In this document: positions 9,021-13,979 of the stretch, piece after piece | Numbering within the stretch: the first letter of the stretch is position 1 | Layout of the letters: each line of letters begins with the position of its first letter | Source of the DNA: a virus | Lineage: Duplodnaviria > Caudoviricetes | Virus record (IMG/VR): IMGVR_UViG_3300025635_000011 | Span: 1-36,995 of that record | DNA: 36,995 nucleotides | Strand: one strand, 5' to 3' | The notes under the pieces: generated by a model | What the model was told of the DNA's origin: nothing | Seen by the model: the letters and a program-made list of their open reading frames with translations, nothing else | Databases searched by the model: none | Position numbers and translations under genes: made by a program

Positions 9021-9439
9021 TGCGGCTCCCTATGCACGATCACAGAAGCCCCTGTTTCAGGGTCTGTATAGTTAGTTTCAGGCCCACACCAGCAAGTAGA
9101 CCCATCTGTGATGTGCTCTTGCTTCTCTTCCTCAGTCGGTGGTTCGCCTACATCAGCAACCCAAGCATCTGGCTTTTGAGAAAAGCAAAGACATGCCTCA
9201 AACTCAGGATCATCCTTTGTGATTTCAAGAAAGTCCCATTCAGGACAATAATGACGCTTCTCTGCCTCTGCGATGGCTTGGCGTAGAACGTCTTCAAGTT
9301 GAAATATAGGGTTGTGTGCAAACGAAATTGCTTCTCGCGTTGCTTTGTTTACGCGGTTGGCAAACGTAGGAACTTTCCACCACAATGACTTAAATTCCTG
9401 AACGTATTCCAGCGCCTGTTTCATTGCTTCTATGCTCAT
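9017..9439 (-). CDS. Hypothetical modular phage protein (MSIEAMKQALE...)
   Basis: AGGA SD; Cys/His clusters HYCPEWD and CWC. Confidence 0.7.
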   Translation of the reverse strand: MSIEAMKQALEYVQEFKSLWWKVPTFANRVNKATREAISFAHNPIFQLEDVLRQAIAEAEKRHYCPEWDFLEITKDDPEFEACLCFSQKPDAWVADVGEPPTEEEKQEHITDGSTCWCGPETNYTDPETGASVIVHREPQ

Positions 9440-9496
9440 GTCGTTTTTCCTAAGGTTTTGCGACACATTGTTGCATCATGTCGCTGGTGGAAACAT

Positions 9497-9682
9497 TCAT
9501 TTAAAACCCCTCATCTGAGCCTTTATTTCCTGTAGGGCTATCTCAGCCCCTACCCCATAGTTTTCATGCGATCCTAGGGTGCTTTTAATCGATTCTAGGA
9601 GCATTCTGTTGCTCACCGCTTCCTCGGCACATTTGAGCAGGAAAGATTCCTCTGGCAACGTGTATTCCATGATGACTTTCAT
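9497..9682 (-). CDS. Hypothetical protein
   Basis: GGAG SD; MKVIMEYTLPEE start. Confidence 0.65.
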   Translation of the reverse strand: MKVIMEYTLPEESFLLKCAEEAVSNRMLLESIKSTLGSHENYGVGAEIALQEIKAQMRGFK

Positions 9683-9693
9683 AAGTACTCCAG

Positions 9694-9709
9694 TGTCACT
9701 TAAGTGACA
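9694..9709. promoter_or_regulatory. Perfect 16-bp palindrome TGTCACTTAAGTGACA (candidate operator)
   Basis: Intergenic, immediately upstream of the SD of 9497..9682. Confidence 0.45.
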
Positions 9710-9751
9710 GTTTAATGATGGTTAAGACAAAAACAAAGAAAGACAACAACA

Positions 9752-9934
9752 TTAGATGTCTTCCTCTAATTTATTGCTTTTAGCTTCTTCTCTTTGAATC
9801 TTCATGTTCCCAACGTCTGCAAGGACGTTATCCATCCCGTATTTGTCAAAAATATCGACAATATCATTAATCGTTGACCAATACCATGATTCTTCAATCA
9901 ATTGCATCAATTCATCAGTGCTTTCGTTTTCCAT
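9752..9934 (-). CDS. Hypothetical acidic protein
   Basis: AAGGGG SD before MENEST. Confidence 0.6.
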   Translation of the reverse strand: MENESTDELMQLIEESWYWSTINDIVDIFDKYGMDNVLADVGNMKIQREEAKSNKLEEDI

Positions 9935-9987
9935 GGTTACCCCTTTATCTTTAAAGTTAATATAAGACAATAAACATTAATGATTTA

Positions 9988-10239
9988 TTAATCATTGATG
10001 TCTTCTATGCTTCTAAGTACTCTATAGTTATTATATAGTACGTCTTCTGTCCCTTCGGTGCTCAGATGGTCATCAAAGTCCCCACCAGTGGCAAGGTCTT
10101 TACGTTCAGCCACCGGCAGGTTAGTGTCAATGGATGCAAAACAAGGATTGCATAGGTCAAAGTAAATCCTGGTATGTCTTATCCTCCTAGTTGATTCAAA
10201 ATCAGTTAAAACCTCATTACAGCATTGACAACGCATCAT
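9988..10239 (-). CDS. Hypothetical zinc-finger-like protein
   Basis: CQCC...CNPC; GGAG SD; ATGA overlap. Confidence 0.7.
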   Translation of the reverse strand: MMRCQCCNEVLTDFESTRRIRHTRIYFDLCNPCFASIDTNLPVAERKDLATGGDFDDHLSTEGTEDVLYNNYRVLRSIEDIND

Positions 10240-10520
10240 TGTTCTCCTGTTGCTTTGGCGATGGCGGCGCGGGCGTTGATCACACAGTTGTACTCAGCGC
10301 CTTCCGTCTTTGGCGCGTATGTGTGGAATGCCTTGACCATGGTTTGCAGAGCCTCCAACAATTCAGGCGCGGCGGCGATCAGGCGAGCATCCTCCTCGGT
10401 CAGCGTGTTCTTAGAACAGCATCCGCACCCTGTTTCAAAGATAGGGCTTTCGTACTCTTCATCAGTATAAACCCCTTGGTCTTTGTATCCAAACCATGGC
10501 CCTGGTGTGTGTTTACTCAT
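10236..10520 (-). CDS. Conserved phage protein (HTPGPW...ARLIAAAPELLEAL type)
   Basis: Recognisable N- and C-terminal motifs; GAGG SD. Confidence 0.8.
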   Translation of the reverse strand: MSKHTPGPWFGYKDQGVYTDEEYESPIFETGCGCCSKNTLTEEDARLIAAAPELLEALQTMVKAFHTYAPKTEGAEYNCVINARAAIAKATGEQ

Positions 10521-10620
10521 GTTAAAATCCTCGATTTAAGACGTTTTTAGGCTAAGTGGCTACCCACCCCTTACCTACCTTAAAATAATCGCTCCTGGGC
10601 CCGTTTAAGGGCTTTTAGGG

Positions 10621-10881
10621 CTATTCTAGTGGTCGATCTGGCATGACAATCAGGGATTTAGTGATTTTCTTGCGATTATAGTCCTCCCTGAAGCACACAA
10701 ACTCATCTGTCCCCAATTTAGCAACATAGGCGTCTGAGTGCCGGGTGGAATAACATCGGGATTGTGCTCCCTGGTGTTCCACGTCATTGTAATACGTGCT
10801 CAGACGATAACCAATGACCCCGGACAAGGCCACAGCAGCAATTGACCCCAAAAGCCAGATTATACGCTCAGTATTGCTCAT
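10621..10881 (-). CDS. Hypothetical membrane-anchored protein
   Basis: N-terminal hydrophobic helix IIWLLGSIAAVALSGVIGY; two Cys; GGGAG SD. Confidence 0.65.
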   Translation of the reverse strand: MSNTERIIWLLGSIAAVALSGVIGYRLSTYYNDVEHQGAQSRCYSTRHSDAYVAKLGTDEFVCFREDYNRKKITKSLIVMPDRPLE

Positions 10882-11125
10882 TTTTCTCCCTTTCGATGTG
10901 CTTATAGTAGGCATCCATGGCCTTCTCTGTCACCATTGTGTCCATTATTGGCATAATGTCAACATCTCCCAGGTAGACAGCCTCAATATAAGGGTCTGCC
11001 CATTCGTATTCACTATTCGACTTTGAATCGTACCGCCAATGGTACTCAAAAGCTATTGTCACGTCCACAGGTGTGCTCATATTCGGTGGTGTCCATTCAA
11101 AAATATAGGTGTTTAATACGTTCAT
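10868..11125 (-). CDS. Hypothetical early protein
   Basis: GAGGT SD; ATGA overlap. Confidence 0.65.
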   Translation of the reverse strand: MNVLNTYIFEWTPPNMSTPVDVTIAFEYHWRYDSKSNSEYEWADPYIEAVYLGDVDIMPIMDTMVTEKAMDAYYKHIEREKNEQY

Positions 11126-11406
11126 GCTTGCACCTCTTTAGCCATTAAACGATTAAGACAATCACACAATTCATCCAGGCTATAAGATTGAAACACAATC
11201 CCACCCCCATAAGATTTATTATGGTATTTGCGTCCACCGGCTTTATTGGCAAGCTTACAGGCCATGGCGTAACGCTCTGACAGCCCGTATCCAATACCCT
11301 TGTCAGACCCGTGTACGTCAAGGGACAGAAAATGGCACACATAACGAGGGTTTCCGTTTACGTCATTACGCACACGTTCAAAAGCATTACTATCGATTGT
11401 TTTCAT
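11122..11406 (-). CDS. Conserved hypothetical early protein (NDVNGNPRYV...GGGIVFQSY)
   Basis: AAGGA SD; protein-like motif content. Confidence 0.75.
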   Translation of the reverse strand: MKTIDSNAFERVRNDVNGNPRYVCHFLSLDVHGSDKGIGYGLSERYAMACKLANKAGGRKYHNKSYGGGIVFQSYSLDELCDCLNRLMAKEVQA

Positions 11407-11432
11407 GATTGCATATCCTTTGCAAGTTGAAT

Positions 11433-11701
11433 TTAAGACAGGGACAGGTTTACATTGGAAAAATTATGTGTTGCATCCTCCCAGGGCTCTACAAATGCAC
11501 AGGTTGCACCTGATTTGCTATTGTATCGTGTGGTGTCCCCGTAATCGTTGACCTTGTGAAACCCAAGGCCAGAATCACGATTGATACGGACAATGGCACC
11601 CCTAATCGTTGAAGCTTTGACCTTGTGTCGTGTGACCCAAGAATAGTTAGCCTCGCCTCCGAATGTATCGGTGATTTCAACGAAAAGAATGAGTGTTTCA
11701 T
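11433..11701 (-). pseudogene. Frameshifted early gene MKHSF/FVEITDTFGGEANYSWV... (about 88 aa if repaired)
   Basis: SD plus ATG at 11701; a start-less open frame runs 11684-11433 and ends just before the next gene's leader; the shift lies at a T4 run (11683-11686). Confidence 0.65.
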
Positions 11702-11730
11702 GGTATCAATCCTTGATAAGTGAGTGATGC

Positions 11731-11778
11731 AACATCGCACCCCAAAGCCCCACACGTGAGGCTATCGGTTGAAATGTT
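11731..11778 (-). promoter_or_regulatory. Long imperfect intergenic hairpin, candidate RNase III processing site
   Basis: About 22-23 bp stem with 4 mismatches (AACATTTCAACCGATAGCCTCAC / GTGGGGCTTTGGGGTGCGATGTT). Confidence 0.55.
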
Positions 11779-12029
11779 TACTGGTCTAAAGTCTTTAGAG
11801 GCCACAATGCGCCATTAGACATTTCGACATAGTGTGTGCCATGCACAAACCCTATGCGACACATTCTAGCCTTGATCGCTCGTGCATAGGCATAGGATCG
11901 CTTGTGGTCTGAGTCGCTCAGGTACAGACTCGGGTCTGTGGCATGGTTATAAGCAGAGCACAGGCCAATAATGGTCGTCCCTGCTTTCCACATAGACCCG
12001 TTGGATTTGTAGACAACAAACTGTTTCAT
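11778..12029 (-). CDS. Hypothetical early protein
   Basis: GAGGGA SD; packing. Confidence 0.65.
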   Translation of the reverse strand: MKQFVVYKSNGSMWKAGTTIIGLCSAYNHATDPSLYLSDSDHKRSYAYARAIKARMCRIGFVHGTHYVEMSNGALWPLKTLDQ

Positions 12030-12036
12030 GCTTCCC

Positions 12037-12132
12037 TCACTTGGTTAAAACGTCAAAATACGCCAGAGCAGCCATTGTCAGGCAGAGGCCGATTGCGATT
12101 GCTAGTATGTAGTCCAGGATTGATGATTTCAT
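12037..12132 (-). CDS. Small single-helix membrane protein (31 aa, not in the ORF track)
   Basis: Manual translation MKSSILDYILAIAIGLCLTMAALAYFDVLTK; fills the intergenic gap; no clear SD. Confidence 0.6.
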   Translation of the reverse strand: MKSSILDYILAIAIGLCLTMAALAYFDVLTK

Positions 12133-12152
12133 GTGCGTGTTTTTGTAAAAAA

Positions 12153-12362
12153 TTAAACTGACAACGACAAGCCGGAAATGCGATAGCACTGCCCGCTGGG
12201 CAATTCAATGTCAACGACACCAAACGGATGCACGTCAATGATTTTTCCCTCAACCATGCGACCAAATAAAGATGTCTTAATGGTCTGGCCGATATGGCGC
12301 TTTTGACGGTTTGCGGCCACCGTGGCAAAAGTTTTCGCTTGAGTTTGTGATGTGTATTTCAT
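12153..12362 (-). CDS. Hypothetical early protein (small beta-rich)
   Basis: GAGGT SD. Confidence 0.65.
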   Translation of the reverse strand: MKYTSQTQAKTFATVAANRQKRHIGQTIKTSLFGRMVEGKIIDVHPFGVVDIELPSGQCYRISGLSLSV

Positions 12363-12369
12363 GGTGACC

Positions 12370-12582
12370 TCAAAGGTTAGACATTACAGTTGTGAATTTT
12401 ACATCGACAGAATCAATGAGGCGTGTCCAGTAGGACAACTCATCGAACACTCGGTCAAAGTTGGCAGACGACAACCCGATAGGTGTCTGCTCGCCTCCGA
12501 TCATCAGGGAACCTGTGACAGTGAATTCTATAGGATCGAGAGTGTCCCGATCCAGGGTTGTGCAGAATGTGAGTGTGTTCAT
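12370..12582 (-). CDS. Hypothetical protein, first gene of the early arm
   Basis: AAGGA SD before MNTLTF. Confidence 0.65.
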   Translation of the reverse strand: MNTLTFCTTLDRDTLDPIEFTVTGSLMIGGEQTPIGLSSANFDRVFDELSYWTRLIDSVDVKFTTVMSNL

Positions 12583-12630
12583 GGTGCTGATCCTTTGCAA
12601 GTTAATGTCCGTTGCGGACGTTATTTATAT

Positions 12631-12647
12631 TGCACGTACCATGCCAA
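12631..12647 (-). promoter_or_regulatory. Sigma54-type -24/-12 element facing the early genes
   Basis: Minus strand TTGGCATGGTACGTGCA (GG-N10-GC). Confidence 0.55.
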
Positions 12648-12694
12648 CCCGCTTTTATTGAACCTTTAGGTTTATGTTTTAGATTTTAGTTAAT

Positions 12695-12723
12695 ACTTTA
12701 TTGTCACAGTTTATAATCTGCAA
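12695..12723 (-). promoter_or_regulatory. Candidate sigma70 early promoter
   Basis: TTGCAG-N17-TAAAGT on the minus strand. Confidence 0.4.
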
Positions 12724-12745
12724 TACTTTTGATGTATAAATTTAC

Positions 12746-12834
12746 TGTGCTTTTATGGTGCATTTTATGGCACGCTTCTTGCCCTATGCACCATTATAGG
12801 ACAATGCACAAGGTTAGTGCACCATTATTGTGCT
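12746..12834. promoter_or_regulatory. Four NtrC-like binding sites
   Basis: TGTGCTTTTATGGTGCA (12746), TGCACCATTATAGGACA (12787), TGCACAAGGTTAGTGCA (12805), TGCACCATTATTGTGCT (12818) versus consensus TGCACCA-N3-TGGTGCA. Confidence 0.65.
12768..12782 (+). promoter_or_regulatory. Consensus sigma54 -24/-12 element
   Basis: TGGCACGCTTCTTGC matches TGGCACG-N4-TTGC exactly. Confidence 0.7.
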
Positions 12835-12929
12835 AGATACTTTAGATGTTAACTATCTTGACTGGATTGTTAGGGTAAACCCCTAGTACCCTTTAGAAGC
12901 ACCTTCACCGACCCTCACCTGCACCCAAT

Positions 12930-12944
12930 TGAGAATGATTCTCA
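12930..12944. promoter_or_regulatory. Fur-box-like 7-1-7 palindrome
   Basis: TGAGAAT-G-ATTCTCA in AT-rich flanks; second degenerate copy TGAGAAT-CC-ATTATCA at 12977-12992. Confidence 0.7.
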
Positions 12945-12951
12945 TTTACTA

Positions 12952-12967
12952 TTGACCCACTGGTCAG
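12952..12967. promoter_or_regulatory. RutR/TetR-family-like operator
   Basis: TTGACCCACTGGTCAG versus TTGACCANNTGGTCAA (2 mismatches). Confidence 0.45.
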
Positions 12968-13012
12968 TAACCTTATTGAGAATCCATTATCATTAGCGTT
13001 AGTGAGCACTTA

Positions 13013-13039
13013 CTAGCACTCTGGTGACGTGAGTGCTAA
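13013..13039. promoter_or_regulatory. CIRCE element (HrcA operator)
   Basis: CTAGCACTC-TGGTGACGT-GAGTGCTAA: 17 of 18 positions match TTAGCACTC-N9-GAGTGCTAA, with the exact 9-bp spacer. Confidence 0.85.
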
Positions 13040-13211
13040 CTAACTTAGTTACTGACTAGTGAGTCATTAGTGGCCAGGTGAGTGAGTGCTTACATAGGGG
13101 GGAGGGTCTTCTCTGGAGTGTTTACTTTTGCGGGAGCCCCTAAAGCACACAAAAAAGAGTATACAAAAGTAACCAAATAGTACATTTAATTGGGGACAGA
13201 TGAAGATAACG

Positions 13212-13224
13212 TAAGTTATTGAAA
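13212..13224 (-). promoter_or_regulatory. IHF-like binding site
   Basis: Minus strand TTTCAATAACTTA versus WATCAANNNNTTR (1 mismatch). Confidence 0.4.
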
Positions 13225-13375
13225 GATAAAGACAAATAGACACAGAAGACATAATTTAACATAATATTGTAAAAGGAGACTATGAAGCGGCAGACGTGCA
13301 CCCTTAATGGGGACTATAAAGTGAAGCCTTAATCAGTAAAAAGACAATAAATCTTAAACTTTTGTCATAAAAAGC

Positions 13376-13404
13376 TTGACAAGTGCATAAAAGTATGCTA
13401 AAGT
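13376..13404 (+). promoter_or_regulatory. Sigma70 promoter for the packaging/structural arm
   Basis: TTGACA-N17-TAAAGT with extended -10 TG. Confidence 0.75.
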
Positions 13405-13523
13405 ATCTTTAGAGTATACTTAAAAGCATTAAAGTATACTTAAATGTACTCTAATACGTTAAAGTATACATTAATGTTAAATATTAATTATTTATCTATA
13501 CATTAATGTATACATTAAAGTAT
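13390..13523. repeat. AT-rich AAAGTAT(AC)/ACATTAATGT repeat and palindrome cluster
   Basis: A(A/G)AGTAT at 13390, 13400, 13411, 13431, 13461, 13517; palindrome TATACATTAATGTATA at 13497-13512. Confidence 0.75.
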
Positions 13524-13571
13524 AAGGGCACTGTAAGAATTTTTGTCTTAACATCTCCTTGAAGGGTAAAG

Positions 13572-13979
13572 ATGGAAACGGAACCAAAGAAACGTGGTCG
13601 TGGAAGACCCAAGAAGGGTGAGATTGTCGCCCTTAAGAAAAAGAATACTGGTGTCATAGGTCGTCCCAAGGGTGATACGGCTATCATCAATGAGTACAAA
13701 CTCAGGATGCTGAATTCACCCAAGAGCGCAAAGGTGCTTGAAGCTATCTATGATGCTGCCTTGGATAACGAACATAAGAATCAAGCTGCTGCCTGGAAGT
13801 TGATTGTCGATAGGATTGTTCCTGTCTCAGCTTTTGAGGCTTCAAAGCAGGGCGGTAGTACCCCAAGCATCAGTATCAACATTTCTGGTCTCCAAAGCCC
13901 TTCTGTTGGCCTTGATGAGCCTATTGAGATGGTAGAAGATGTCACGGATGTGGAAATAAAAGATTATGACCAGTCTTAA
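13572..13979 (+). CDS. Putative terminase small subunit with AT-hook-like motifs
   Basis: Directly upstream of and overlapping TerL; KKRGRGRPKK and GRPKG. Confidence 0.7.
   Translation: METEPKKRGRGRPKKGEIVALKKKNTGVIGRPKGDTAIINEYKLRMLNSPKSAKVLEAIYDAALDNEHKNQAAAWKLIVDRIVPVSAFEASKQGGSTPSISINISGLQSPSVGLDEPIEMVEDVTDVEIKDYDQS

Noticed and set aside
11489-11755. Track ORF of 88 aa as the real gene
   Set aside because: It starts inside the intergenic hairpin, and the alternative frame 11684-11433 is more protein-like and packs better against the next gene
12732-12747. LexA SOS-box-like ATGTATAAATTTACTG
   Set aside because: Mismatches in both conserved CTGT/ACAG half-sites
12990-13095. Repeated GTGAG/TTAG words as a CRISPR array
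   Set aside because: No constant-length repeat-spacer periodicity and no cas genes; better explained as overlapping palindromic operators
13067-13252. 61-aa minus-strand ORF in the control region
   Set aside because: Low-complexity translation of an A-rich non-coding tract; no SD
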